DNA of 64,000 nucleotides, taken from positions 6,460 to 70,459 of the forward strand of contig DASZCC010000427.1 in NCBI GenBank assembly GCA_035943485.1, in the 5' to 3' direction. Below are positions 20,537-32,102 of this stretch, in pieces. Position numbers and translations under genes: made by a program. The first letter of the stretch is position 1, and every line of letters starts with the position of its first letter. Under the pieces are notes generated by a model. The model was not told the origin of the DNA, did no database searches, and worked only from the letters and a program-made list of their open reading frames with translations. The DNA is from Rhizomicrobium sp. (GTDB lineage Bacteria; Pseudomonadota; Alphaproteobacteria; Micropepsales; Micropepsaceae).

Positions 20537-20566
20537 TTGACTTTGCGGCAACCTCCAGCCTAAAAA
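20537..20566 (+). promoter_or_regulatory. Putative sigma70 promoter of ffh
   Basis: TTGACT-N16-CCTAAAAA, alphaproteobacterial housekeeping-type spacing. Confidence 0.5.
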
Positions 20567-20596
20567 CCGCCGCTTCCGGAGAGACCAAGTCCCTCC

Positions 20597-20651
20597 GGTC
20601 CTGGGCCCGGCCCAGGATCGCCCCCAGGCAGCGCAGGTGCGCCCCCTGGGG
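20597..20651 (+). promoter_or_regulatory. Structured ffh 5' leader (two hairpins)
   Basis: ggtcctgggc/gcccaggatc and ccccagg-cagcgc-aggt-gcgc-cc-cctgggg stems between the promoter and the ffh start. Confidence 0.5.
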
Positions 20652-20678
20652 TTTTACTGCTTTGGGTAACGCGCACGA

Positions 20679-22064
20679 ATGTTTGACAGTCTTCAGACCC
20701 GCCTCGGCGGCGTATTCGACAGGCTCCGCGGCCGCGGCGCGCTGACGGAGCGCGACGTCGATGAAGCGCTGGGCGAAGTCCGCACCGCGCTGATCGAGGC
20801 CGACGTCTCGCTGCCGGTGGTGAAGGATTTCATCGATAAGGTGCGCCCGCGCGCCATCGGCGAAGATGTCATCCGTTCGGTCACGCCCGGTCAGCAGGTC
20901 GTCAAGATCGTGCACGACGTGCTGGTTGAGACACTGGGCGCCGAAAGCTCCGGTCTGTCGCTCGGCAGTCCCCCGGCGCCGATCCTGATGGTCGGTCTGC
21001 AGGGTTCGGGCAAGACAACGACCTCGGCCAAGATTGGCCTGATGCTGCAGACGCGCGAGAAGAAGCGCGTGCTGATGGCCTCGCTCGACGTGTCGCGTCC
21101 CGCTGCCATGGAGCAGCTCAAGATTCTGGGCGAGCAGGCCGGCGTCGCCACGCTGCCGATCATGACGAACCAGACGCCGGTCGATATCGCCAAACGCGCG
21201 ATGGCGAGCGCCAAGGTCGGCGGCTACGACGTGCTGATCCTCGACACCGCCGGCCGTCAGCATATCGACGAGCAGCTGATGATCGAAGTCGCTGCCGTGC
21301 GCGACCAGGTCAAGCCGCATGAGACGCTGCTGGTCGCGGACTCGCTGACCGGCCAGGACGCGGTGAATATCGCCAAGTCCTTCAACGAGCGCGTGACGCT
21401 GACCGGCATCATCCTGTCGCGTGCCGATGGCGATGCGCGCGGCGGCGCGGCACTCTCGATGCGCGCGGTCACCGGCGCGCCGATCAAGTTCCTTGGCATG
21501 GGCGAAAAGCTCGATGCGCTCGAGCCGTTCCATCCGGCGCGTGTCGCCAATCGCATCCTCGACATGGGTGACGTCGTCTCGCTGGTCGAGAAGGCGGCCG
21601 AGCATTTCGACAAGGAAAAGACCGAGCAGCTCGCCAAGAAGATGAAGAAGGGCGAGTTCGACATGAACGATCTCGCCGATCAGCTGCGTCAGATGAAGAA
21701 GATGGGCGGTATGCAGGGCGTGCTCGGCATGCTGCCGGGCGTCGGCAAGGTGAAAGACCAGCTCAACGCCGCCGGCCTCGACGACAAGATCCTCACGCGC
21801 CAGGAAGCGATCATCGGCTCGATGACGAAGCAGGAGCGCGCCAAGCCGGACCTCATCAACGGTTCGCGCCGCAAGCGCATCGCCAGCGGCTCGGGCGTCG
21901 ACGTGAGCGAGGTGAACAAGCTCCTCAAGATGCACCGCCAGATGTCCGATGTGATGAAGAAGATGGGCAAGGGCGGCCGCGCGATGCAGGGCCTCGCCAG
22001 CATGTTTGGCGGCGGAAAAATGCCACCGATGCCACCGGGCGGAATGCCCGGCGGGCGTCGCTAG
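20679..22064 (+). CDS. ffh: Signal recognition particle protein Ffh
   Basis: GLQGSGKTTT, DTAGR, DGDARGGAALS, Met-rich M domain with SRRKRIASGSG. Confidence 0.98.
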   Translation: MFDSLQTRLGGVFDRLRGRGALTERDVDEALGEVRTALIEADVSLPVVKDFIDKVRPRAIGEDVIRSVTPGQQVVKIVHDVLVETLGAESSGLSLGSPPAPILMVGLQGSGKTTTSAKIGLMLQTREKKRVLMASLDVSRPAAMEQLKILGEQAGVATLPIMTNQTPVDIAKRAMASAKVGGYDVLILDTAGRQHIDEQLMIEVAAVRDQVKPHETLLVADSLTGQDAVNIAKSFNERVTLTGIILSRADGDARGGAALSMRAVTGAPIKFLGMGEKLDALEPFHPARVANRILDMGDVVSLVEKAAEHFDKEKTEQLAKKMKKGEFDMNDLADQLRQMKKMGGMQGVLGMLPGVGKVKDQLNAAGLDDKILTRQEAIIGSMTKQERAKPDLINGSRRKRIASGSGVDVSEVNKLLKMHRQMSDVMKKMGKGGRAMQGLASMFGGGKMPPMPPGGMPGGRR

Positions 22065-22106
22065 TTTTCACGGTTCAACGGTTTAAACGAAGAAGGAATG
22101 CATTGA

Positions 22107-22481
22107 ATGTCTCTCAAGATCAGACTGGCGCGTGGCGGCACCAAGAAGCGTCCGCACTACGCCATCGTCATCGCCGACTCGCGCAGCCCGCGTGACGGCC
22201 GCTTCATCGAGAAGATCGGTTTCTACAATCCGCTGCTCCCCAAGGATCATGCGGATCGCATAAAGCTCGACACCGACAAGGCCGGCGAGTGGATCAAGAA
22301 GGGCGCCGTCGCGTCCGACCGCGTCCATCGCTTCCTCGCGAACGCCGGTCTGGTGAAGCCGCTCTCGAAGAACAATCCCGAGAAGGCCAAGCCGAAGAAG
22401 AAGGCGCAGGAACGTGCCGCCGCCAACGCGAAGGCCGCTGAAGCCGCCGCTGCGCCGGCTGAAGAAGCAGCAGCGAGCTAG
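22107..22481 (+). CDS. rpsP: 30S ribosomal protein S16
   Basis: [30 protein letters not shown]. Confidence 0.98.
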   Translation: MSLKIRLARGGTKKRPHYAIVIADSRSPRDGRFIEKIGFYNPLLPKDHADRIKLDTDKAGEWIKKGAVASDRVHRFLANAGLVKPLSKNNPEKAKPKKKAQERAAANAKAAEAAAAPAEEAAAS

Positions 22482-22484
22482 GCC

Positions 22485-23018
22485 GTGGCGGGACAGTCCC
22501 GCGACGTGCTGCTTGCCGCCGTCATCGGCGCGCAGGGCCTTAAGGGCGAGGTGAAGGTGAAAACCTTCACCTCGGCGCCTGGGTCCGTGGGTGCCTATGG
22601 TCCACTGCACAGCAAGGATGGACGGCGCTTCACCGTGACCGCGGTGCGCTCGTCAAAGGAAGGCGAGGCAGTCGTGAGCCTCGCCGATATCAACGACCGT
22701 GATGCCGCCGAAGCGCTAAAGGGCACAGAGCTTTACGTGCCGCGCGCCGCGTTGCCCGCCGCGGACGGAGATGAATTCTACCACGCCGACCTCATCGGCC
22801 TGCGTGCCGAGGATGAACAGGACCGCCTGATCGGCACTGTGAAAGCGATCCACAATTACGGCGCCGGCGACGTGATCGAGATCGACGAGCCGGGTGGAGA
22901 CAGCCTGCTGCTCGCCTTCACGCGCGAGACGGTGCCGCGCATCGAACTCGAACTCGGCCGCATCGTCATCGCAATCCCGCACGAGATCGACGACGAACGG
23001 GCGAATTATACGGAATGA
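22485..23018 (+). CDS. rimM: Ribosome maturation factor RimM
   Basis: GAQGLKGEV, EFYHADLIGL, NYGAGDVIEI; operon position. Confidence 0.95.
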   Translation: MAGQSRDVLLAAVIGAQGLKGEVKVKTFTSAPGSVGAYGPLHSKDGRRFTVTAVRSSKEGEAVVSLADINDRDAAEALKGTELYVPRAALPAADGDEFYHADLIGLRAEDEQDRLIGTVKAIHNYGAGDVIEIDEPGGDSLLLAFTRETVPRIELELGRIVIAIPHEIDDERANYTE

Positions 23019-23019
23019 T

Positions 23020-23154
23020 TTGACCTCCCCCTGGTGGGGAGGTCGAAAAACACCGCAGGTGTTTTTCGGGTGGGGGGAAGTGCGGGGCGGTTAAAACCCC
23101 CACCCGAAAAATCGCTGCGCGATTTTATCGACCTCCCCACAAGGGGGAGGTTAA
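23020..23154. repeat. Palindromic intergenic repeat (CCTCCCC...GGGGAGG family)
   Basis: Both ends are hairpins (gacctcccc..ggggaggtc) and inverted relative to each other; internal ttttcgggtgggg/ccccacccgaaaa pair. Confidence 0.85.
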
Positions 23155-23176
23155 GTAAATGAGCTACACTCTCCCC

Positions 23177-23872
23177 ATGACCTGGTCCGCCACCGTCCTC
23201 ACGCTGTTCCCGGAGATGTTTCCCGGGCCGCTGGGCGTGTCGCTGCTTGGTAAGGCATTGAAGAGCGATCTCTGGTCGCTCGACGTGCGCGACATCCGCG
23301 ATCACGGCATCGGCAAGCATCGCACCGTTGACGACACGCCGTCCGGCGGTGGTCCCGGCATGGTGATGCGTGCTGATGTCGCGCTGGCCGCGATTGATGC
23401 GGTGGAGCGCGGCGGCCGCCCACTCATCTTTCTGTCGCCGCGCGGATTGCCGCTTACCCAGAAGCGCGTGACCGAGCTTCGTGCTGGCCCGGGCGTCATT
23501 CTGCTTTGCGGGCGGTTCGAGGGGCTGGACCAGCGCGCCGTCGACGCGCGCGCCATCGAAGAGATCAGCATCGGTGATTTCGTGCTGGCCGGCGGCGAGA
23601 TCGCGGCCATGGCCCTGATCGAGGCTGCCGTGCGCCTGATCCCCGGCGTGCTGGGCGACACGCAGTCGCCAGACGATGAGAGCTTCGCGCAAGGATTGCT
23701 GGAATACCCGCAATATACCCGCCCCCAGACGGTCGAGGATCGGGCCATCCCTGATGTGCTAAACAACGGAAATCACAAGGAAATCGCCAAGTGGCGCCGG
23801 GCCGAGGCGGAGGCCCTGACCAGGGCGCGGCGTCCCGATCTCTGGACCCTCTATGAAAAGTCGAAACGCTAG
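23177..23872 (+). CDS. trmD: tRNA (guanine-N1)-methyltransferase
   Basis: [45 protein letters not shown]. Confidence 0.97.
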   Translation: MTWSATVLTLFPEMFPGPLGVSLLGKALKSDLWSLDVRDIRDHGIGKHRTVDDTPSGGGPGMVMRADVALAAIDAVERGGRPLIFLSPRGLPLTQKRVTELRAGPGVILLCGRFEGLDQRAVDARAIEEISIGDFVLAGGEIAAMALIEAAVRLIPGVLGDTQSPDDESFAQGLLEYPQYTRPQTVEDRAIPDVLNNGNHKEIAKWRRAEAEALTRARRPDLWTLYEKSKR

Positions 23873-23922
23873 GCTATACGCCCCCGCTCAATTGCCGCTG
23901 TTTTCGCCCGGAGATCAATGAA

Positions 23923-24327
23923 ATGAACCTGTTGCAGACGCTCGAAGCCGAGCAGATGAAGGCCGTCCGGGCCAAACCGCATCCCGATTTCCGCGCCGGC
24001 GACACGCTGAAGGTCAGCGTGAAGGTGGTTGAAGTCTCGTATGACGAGAAGGCGAAGGCCGAAAAGCGCCGCGAGCGTCTTCAGGCGTTTGAAGGCGTCT
24101 GCATCGCGCGCCAGGGTGCAGGCCTGAACGAGAGCTTCACGGTCCGCAAGATTTCGTACGGTGAAGGCGTCGAGCGCGTTTTCCCGGTTTACTCCCCGCT
24201 GGTCGACAGCGTGACGGTTGTCCGCAAGGGCCGCGTCCGCCGCGCGAAGCTTTATTACCTGCGCGGTCGTCAGGGTAAGTCGGCGCGTATCGCCGAGCGC
24301 CAGGACAATGAGAAGGCCGAGGCCTAG
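23923..24327 (+). CDS. rplS: 50S ribosomal protein L19
   Basis: [43 protein letters not shown]. Confidence 0.98.
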   Translation: MNLLQTLEAEQMKAVRAKPHPDFRAGDTLKVSVKVVEVSYDEKAKAEKRRERLQAFEGVCIARQGAGLNESFTVRKISYGEGVERVFPVYSPLVDSVTVVRKGRVRRAKLYYLRGRQGKSARIAERQDNEKAEA

Positions 24328-24332
24328 TATTT

Positions 24333-24381
24333 GAAAATGTCGCGACTGGCGTTTTCGCCACAGTCGCGACTTTTCGTTTTT
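24333..24381 (+). terminator. Probable intrinsic terminator after rplS
   Basis: gtcgcgactg/cagtcgcgac stem followed by ttttcgttttt. Confidence 0.7.
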
Positions 24382-24447
24382 ACCCCCTTCCAAATGTAAT
24401 TCCCACGCCTATCCTCCGCGCCCCGTTTTTGGGTGCGAGACAGAGTC

Positions 24448-26280
24448 GTGGGAAAGAACGTCGATACCGAGACGATCGTGAACGCCGTCGAACCATTCGA
24501 CGAGACGATCGCGATCGCGCGCGTGCCGGGTTCGCCCTTCGCGTTCATCTGGTTCCTGATCCGCACGCATTTCCCCGGCCGCGTGTCGGCAATGGTCGCC
24601 TTCGCGCTGACCGCGACGTCGATCGAAGCGTTCAGCCCCGTCGCGTTCTCGCATCTGGTGAACAGCATCACCGCGGCGGTGAAGAACCACGCCGGCATGG
24701 CGACTGTCCTGCCCTGGATCGGCTGGCTGGCGGCGATCTGGTTCGGCGGCGCGTGCGCCTATCGCGCCTATGAGATGGTCGACGTGAACACCGGACCGCG
24801 CATGCGCGGTCTCGCGCAGAAATATCTCTTCGTCTATCTGCTGGGCCACTCGCCACGTTATTTCCAGGACAATTTCGCCGGCAAGCTCGGTCAGAAGGTC
24901 AAGCAGGCCGGCCAGGCGGTCATCGGCATCCTTGGCATCGTCTGCATGGATGTCGTCCGCGTCATCGGTCTCATCGTGCTCGGCGGCGTGCTGATGGCGA
25001 TTCAGGCGCCGACCTACGCGATCATCCTCGGCGTGTGGTCGGTGCTCTATCTGGCGGTTGTCTTCGCGCTGGCGCGGCATTGCGTCGTGCTGTCCAAGGC
25101 GCTGTCGGACGAGATCTCCACGTCGACCGGCCGGCTGATCGACGCGATCAGCAACGCCGATCTCGTGCGCGCTTTCGCCAAGGCGGTCTATGAGCGCAAG
25201 TTCATCTCCTACTTCCTTGCCGACGAGATGAATGCATCGCGCCGCTTCCGCTGGTTCCTGATCACCATGCGCGTGTTCATGCAGTCGGCGACTCTGTTGT
25301 TGCTGGTGGCGCTGATCTATGTGACAGCGCGGGACATCGTGGCGGGCGCGATCTCGCTTGGCGCGTTCACGATGATCTACCTGCTCGCCAACCAGATCGC
25401 GCGCGGTGTGCAGGAGCTGTCGTTCCGCATGCTCGATTATTTCGAACAGCTGGGCACGCTGGCCGAAGCGCTCGATCTCGTCAGCGCGCCGCATGAGATC
25501 GTGGATGTGAAGGACGCCGGCGAGCTGGCGGTCGCGAAGGGGCATATCGTCTTCGAGAATGTCAGCTTCCGCCATCCCAACGGTTTCCAGGTTTTCGAGA
25601 ATCTGAGTCTCGATATCAAGCCCGGCGAGCGTGTCGGTCTCGTGGGGCCGTCGGGCGCAGGCAAGTCGACGCTGGTTCGCCTGCTGCGCCGCCAGTTCGA
25701 GCCGCAGGAAGGGCGCATCCTGATTGATGGTCAGGACATCGCCCATGTGACGTGGAATTCGCTGAACGAAGCGATCGCCGAAGTGCCGCAGATGCCTGGC
25801 GTGTTCCATCGCAATGTGCGCGACAACATCCGCTATGCGCGGCCGCTCGCGCAGGAGGATGAAGTGACGAGCGCGGCACGTCAGGCCTTCGCGCACGACT
25901 TCATCGCCGATCGCGACGAAGGCTATGACATGATCGTGGGCGAGCAGGGCATCAAGCTGTCAGGCGGCGAGCGCCAGCGCGTCGCGATCGCTCGTGCGCT
26001 TGTAAAGGATGCACGCATCCTGGTGCTGGACGAGGCGACATCCTCGCTGGACTCTGAGAGTGAGCATCTGATCCAGACCGCACTGTGGACACTGGTACAG
26101 GGCCGCACCGTGATCGCCATCGCGCACCGCCTGTCGACCATCGCGGGCATGGATCGCGTCGTCTATCTGGAGAACGGCAAGATCCTGGAAGACGGCCCGC
26201 ACCGCGAGCTGCTGGCCAATGATGGCCCCTACGCCCGCCTCTGGAACCGCCAAATGGGCGGCTTCATCGACGCGGCGTGA
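24448..26280 (+). CDS. ABC exporter, fused permease + ATPase
   Basis: N-terminal TM helices; GPSGAGKST, LSGGERQR, VLDEATSSLD, IAHRLST. Start approximate. Confidence 0.92.
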   Translation: MGKNVDTETIVNAVEPFDETIAIARVPGSPFAFIWFLIRTHFPGRVSAMVAFALTATSIEAFSPVAFSHLVNSITAAVKNHAGMATVLPWIGWLAAIWFGGACAYRAYEMVDVNTGPRMRGLAQKYLFVYLLGHSPRYFQDNFAGKLGQKVKQAGQAVIGILGIVCMDVVRVIGLIVLGGVLMAIQAPTYAIILGVWSVLYLAVVFALARHCVVLSKALSDEISTSTGRLIDAISNADLVRAFAKAVYERKFISYFLADEMNASRRFRWFLITMRVFMQSATLLLLVALIYVTARDIVAGAISLGAFTMIYLLANQIARGVQELSFRMLDYFEQLGTLAEALDLVSAPHEIVDVKDAGELAVAKGHIVFENVSFRHPNGFQVFENLSLDIKPGERVGLVGPSGAGKSTLVRLLRRQFEPQEGRILIDGQDIAHVTWNSLNEAIAEVPQMPGVFHRNVRDNIRYARPLAQEDEVTSAARQAFAHDFIADRDEGYDMIVGEQGIKLSGGERQRVAIARALVKDARILVLDEATSSLDSESEHLIQTALWTLVQGRTVIAIAHRLSTIAGMDRVVYLENGKILEDGPHRELLANDGPYARLWNRQMGGFIDAA

Positions 26281-26575
26281 CGGCTTTCTTGGCAGGCAGC
26301 TTGGCGCCTTTGCGCAGCGCCTCCTCCATCCGCGTCTGCCAGCCCGGACCGGTCGCGCGGTAGTAGAGCAGAATCTCTGGCGCCAGCCGAAGATGCACGG
26401 ACTTCTTCGCGTCCGGCTTCTTCGGTCGGCCGGGCTTCGTCAGCGTGCCGTTGGCGGGGCGAATGACCTTGCCGCCGATCGCGATCTCGGCGCGATCGAA
26501 GAAGTCGTCCGTCAGCTCGGGCGCATCGTCGGGATCAACCCATTCGGTCTTTGTATTTTTCTTTTTCTCGGCCAT
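26264..26575 (-). CDS. brnA: BrnA antitoxin
   Basis: WVDPDDAPELTDDFF, GRP, VHLRL, TGPGWQTRM. Confidence 0.92.
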   Translation of the reverse strand: MAEKKKNTKTEWVDPDDAPELTDDFFDRAEIAIGGKVIRPANGTLTKPGRPKKPDAKKSVHLRLAPEILLYYRATGPGWQTRMEEALRKGAKLPAKKAVTPRR

Positions 26576-26807
26576 TTGCCTTCCTGAATGAAATGATGTG
26601 GTGCGTGTCGCCTCGCAAAGTCCAAACCAACACCATCATCCGCTCGCGCAGCAATCCGACTGTGATGTGACGAATTTCGCCGTAGTCCTTGCGATCATCG
26701 TCCACCGTGAGGGTTTTGCCGGCGAATACGGTCGCGGCCTCCTCGAAATCTAGGTCCCGCTCAGCAAGCGCCTTCGCCCGCTTTGCCGGGTCATAGCTGA
26801 TCTTCAT
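26535..26807 (-). CDS. brnT: BrnT toxin
   Basis: YDPAKR, LDFEEAATVF, DYGEIR, IISFRKAN. Confidence 0.92.
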   Translation of the reverse strand: MKISYDPAKRAKALAERDLDFEEAATVFAGKTLTVDDDRKDYGEIRHITVGLLRERMMVLVWTLRGDTHHIISFRKANGREKEKYKDRMG

Positions 26808-26838
26808 AATTTATGTGGCCACAATAATTAAAAGTCAA
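26808..26838 (-). promoter_or_regulatory. brnTA promoter with palindromic operator
   Basis: TTGACT -35 on the minus strand; perfect palindrome TGTGGCCACA at 26814-26823 in an AT-rich context directly before the ATG. Confidence 0.6.
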
Positions 26839-26909
26839 GGCTGGCGGGCTGGTTTGGGCGCGTCTCACCCCGTACAACGCGCCGGTCGCGACCAACCCGG
26901 AGACGTCCC

Positions 26910-27440
26910 ATGGACCTTTCGAAAATCTCAGCCGGGCAGAATCCGCCGTCGGACATCAATGTGCTGATCGAGATTCCGGCGGGCGGGCCACCCGTGAAGT
27001 ATGAGATCGACAAGGCGTCCGGCGCGTTGTTCGTCGACCGCTTCCTGCACACGGCGATGTTCTATCCGGGCAATTACGGCTTCGTGCCGCATACGCTGTC
27101 GGAAGATGGCGATCCGGCTGACGTGCTGGTGATCAGCGCCGTGCCGGTCATCGCCGGTGCCGTCGTCCGTTGCCGGCCGGTTGGTGCGCTGATCATGCAG
27201 GACCAGGCAGGCCCGGATGAGAAGATCATCGCCGTGCCGGTCGACGCGCTGCATCCGTTTCACACCGGCGTGCGCTCCTATCGCGACCTGCCGGACATCC
27301 TGCTGCAGCAGATCGCTCACTTCTTTGAACACTACAAAGACCTCGAACCCGACAAATGGACGCGCATCGGCGCGTGGGTCGATGCCGATGCGGCGGAAAG
27401 ACTCATCTCTGATGCCATCAAACGGGCAGGCGGCGGGTGA
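26910..27440 (+). CDS. ppa: Inorganic pyrophosphatase (family I)
   Basis: KYEIDK, YPGNYGFVP, DGDPAD, HFFEHYKDLE. Confidence 0.96.
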   Translation: MDLSKISAGQNPPSDINVLIEIPAGGPPVKYEIDKASGALFVDRFLHTAMFYPGNYGFVPHTLSEDGDPADVLVISAVPVIAGAVVRCRPVGALIMQDQAGPDEKIIAVPVDALHPFHTGVRSYRDLPDILLQQIAHFFEHYKDLEPDKWTRIGAWVDADAAERLISDAIKRAGGG

Positions 27441-27632
27441 CCGCCGAATCCATCTGATATCGATAAATCGGGCCTTTCCGGCGCTTTCACCGGCTGCGCG
27501 TGCGCTGCGGCAGACTCAGGTGGTGCAAAAAAGCCTGTGTTTATCGTCTTTTTCGCTTTCGGCCCGTGCTTAACACTCCAGAAGTGCAGTAAAATCAGGC
27601 ATTGGTTTGATTCGCAAAAGGAGTGAATACGA

Positions 27633-27956
27633 ATGGCAGTAGCTGGAACTGGCGCCCCGAAGGCCGCCAAGGCGAAGGTCGACACGGTGAGCACCCGCCA
27701 GCTTGGCGCCGCGCTGGCCGAGAAGCATGAGATCTCGAACAAGGCCGCGCATCTGATCCTGGAAGACACGATCGGCCTGATCACGAAGCACCTGAAGAAG
27801 GGCGCCCGCATCCGTCTCAACGGCCTGGGCATCCTCGTTGTCCGCAAGCGCGCCGCACGCATGGGCCGCAACCCGGCCACCGGCGAAGCGATCAAGATCA
27901 AGGCTTCGAAGAAGGTCGCCTTCCGCGCCGCGAAGGAACTTAAAGAGTCGATCTAA
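27633..27956 (+). CDS. HU family DNA-binding protein
   Basis: RAARMGRNPATGEAIKIKASKKVAFRAAKELK; RBS AAGGAG. Confidence 0.93.
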   Translation: MAVAGTGAPKAAKAKVDTVSTRQLGAALAEKHEISNKAAHLILEDTIGLITKHLKKGARIRLNGLGILVVRKRAARMGRNPATGEAIKIKASKKVAFRAAKELKESI

Positions 27957-27980
27957 CGATCGCATTCTTTTGAAGTGCTC

Positions 27981-28018
27981 AAGCCGGGTTGCGAACGTCG
28001 CAGCCCGGCTTTTTCTTT
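27981..28018 (+). terminator. Intrinsic terminator after the HU gene
   Basis: aagccgggttgcg/cgcagcccggctt stem plus T-tract. Confidence 0.8.
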
Positions 28019-28041
28019 GGCTGCGGTGCGCCTGATCGCTA

Positions 28042-29316
28042 ATGATGGCAGCCATGCGATCCCTTTTGCTTGTCAGTTGCGGCTTTCTGTTCCTTTGCGC
28101 ACCGGCGTCGGGGCAGGACATGCCGGGCATGGAAGGCATGGACATGTCCCACATGGACATGCCGATGACGGGGACGCTCGGTCCCTATTCCATGACGCGC
28201 GAAGCATCCGGCACAAGCTGGCAGCCCGATACCGTGCCGCATGCCGGCATCCATCTCACGGCCGGCGACTGGTCGATCATGCTGCACGGCGCGGTGGACG
28301 GCGTGTATGACTGGCAGAGCGGGCCGCGCGGCGACGATCAGCCATTCGCAGCCGGCTGGGCCATGGGCATGGCGCGGCGCGATTTCGCCAGCGGCGACAC
28401 GCTCAACCTGCGCGCCATGCTGAGCCTGGATCCCTTCATGGGACGCAGCGGCTATCCGCTCCTGCTTGCGTCGGGCGAAACGGCGAACGGCGTCACGCCG
28501 CTGATCGACCGGCAGCATCCGCATGATCTGTTCATGGAGCTGTCGGCGTCCTACGGCCACCATCTGTCGGACGACAGCAGCGTCTTTGTCTATTTCGGCT
28601 ATCCCGGCGAGCCGGCGCTGGGTCCCTCGGCCTTCATGCATCGCGTCTCGAGCGAAGACATGCCGGAAGCGCCGATCACGCATCACTGGCTCGACTCCAC
28701 GCACATCACGTTCGGCGTGGTGACCGCCGGCTATGTCTGGAACAACTGGAAGCTCGAGGCGTCGCAGTTCACCGGCCGCGAGCCTGACCAGTACCGCTTC
28801 AACTTCGACTCCGCCAAATTCGACAGCACCGCTGCGCGGCTGTCCTACAATCCCGATCCGAACTGGTCGCTGCAGGTGTCTTGGGGATTCCTGAAGAGCC
28901 CGGAAGCGCTGGAGCCCGACGTCAACGAAACACGCTATACCGCCAGCGCGACCTATTTCACGCCGCTCTCCGAGGGCGCGTCGTTTGCAGCGACACTCGC
29001 TTTTGGCCGCAAAGTGCTGACGGGAGGCATCGACGAGAACGGCTTCCTTGCGGAGGCGGAATACAAGCCGGATGACGCGTGGACCATCTTCGCACGCGGC
29101 GAGTCGATCGACAGTAGCGAACTGTTCCCGACTGCGGGCATTCAGACTGCGGGCGAGTTCACGCTTGGCGCCGTCCACGACTGGCGCGTGGCGGAGCATG
29201 CCAAGTTCGGGCTCGGCGCGCTGACGGCGTTCGACTTCGTTCCCGGTGGTCTCACGCCGACCTATGGCGGAAGCCCGCACGGCGCGATGATGTTTGTCCG
29301 TCTTGTTGCAGAGTAG
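28042..29316 (+). CDS. Putative outer-membrane beta-barrel protein with Met/His-rich N-terminus
   Basis: Signal peptide, MPGMEGMDMSHMDMPM, REASGTSWQP, DRQHPHDLFMEL, HHWLDSTHIT; alternating beta-strand pattern. Confidence 0.75.
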   Translation: MMAAMRSLLLVSCGFLFLCAPASGQDMPGMEGMDMSHMDMPMTGTLGPYSMTREASGTSWQPDTVPHAGIHLTAGDWSIMLHGAVDGVYDWQSGPRGDDQPFAAGWAMGMARRDFASGDTLNLRAMLSLDPFMGRSGYPLLLASGETANGVTPLIDRQHPHDLFMELSASYGHHLSDDSSVFVYFGYPGEPALGPSAFMHRVSSEDMPEAPITHHWLDSTHITFGVVTAGYVWNNWKLEASQFTGREPDQYRFNFDSAKFDSTAARLSYNPDPNWSLQVSWGFLKSPEALEPDVNETRYTASATYFTPLSEGASFAATLAFGRKVLTGGIDENGFLAEAEYKPDDAWTIFARGESIDSSELFPTAGIQTAGEFTLGAVHDWRVAEHAKFGLGALTAFDFVPGGLTPTYGGSPHGAMMFVRLVAE

Positions 29317-29317
29317 A

Positions 29318-31535
<2,218 letters not shown>

Positions 31536-31554
31536 TACGGCCCGGCAAGAACAA

Positions 31555-31980
31555 TTGCGCTTGATCAGTCTCGTGGTTGCGCTTTCGCTGGCGTCGATGC
31601 CGGCGGCCGCGGACGCGCTTGCGACGCTCATCGTGAAGGTCGAGAAGGTCAGCCCGCGCGGCGGTGACGTGCGTGTCGCGCTTTATGACGCCGCGTCCTA
31701 TCCCGACGACAATTCCGATCCGGTGAAGGATGCCGTCGTGCCGGCGCATCCCGGTGAAACGATCGCAACGATGACCAGCATAAAACCCGGCATCTACGCG
31801 GTGAAGATGTTCCAGGACTTCAACCGCAACGGCAAGTTCGACGTGAACTGGCTGGGTCTGCCGCTTGAAAAATACGGCTTCTCGAATGACGCACGTCCCA
31901 CCTTCAGCGAGCCGTCGTTCGACGCGACGAAGTTCGAGCTGAAGCCGGGCACAAATACGATCGTCATACACATGCAATGA
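31555..31980 (+). CDS. DUF2141 family secreted protein
   Basis: Signal peptide; PGIYAV, QDFNRNGKFD, LPLEKYGFSND. Confidence 0.85.
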   Translation: MRLISLVVALSLASMPAAADALATLIVKVEKVSPRGGDVRVALYDAASYPDDNSDPVKDAVVPAHPGETIATMTSIKPGIYAVKMFQDFNRNGKFDVNWLGLPLEKYGFSNDARPTFSEPSFDATKFELKPGTNTIVIHMQ

Positions 31981-32102
31981 GAACGGACACAGCGAATTGA
32001 ACCCGTCCGCCGTGTTTCTCTGGGATGAACGTGTTGAAAGAAAGTATGGTTGCGAACGACATTGTCTCGATATGTTGCCTCGCAATGAATGGGGAATGAA
32101 AC

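Noticed and set aside
20463-21935. Long antisense ORFs (also 24409-25896, 28039-29280, 43832-45367, 49793-51172, and the same-strand 58503-59912)
   Set aside because: Shadow frames of well-supported genes, expected in high-GC DNA with strong codon bias; no protein motifs.
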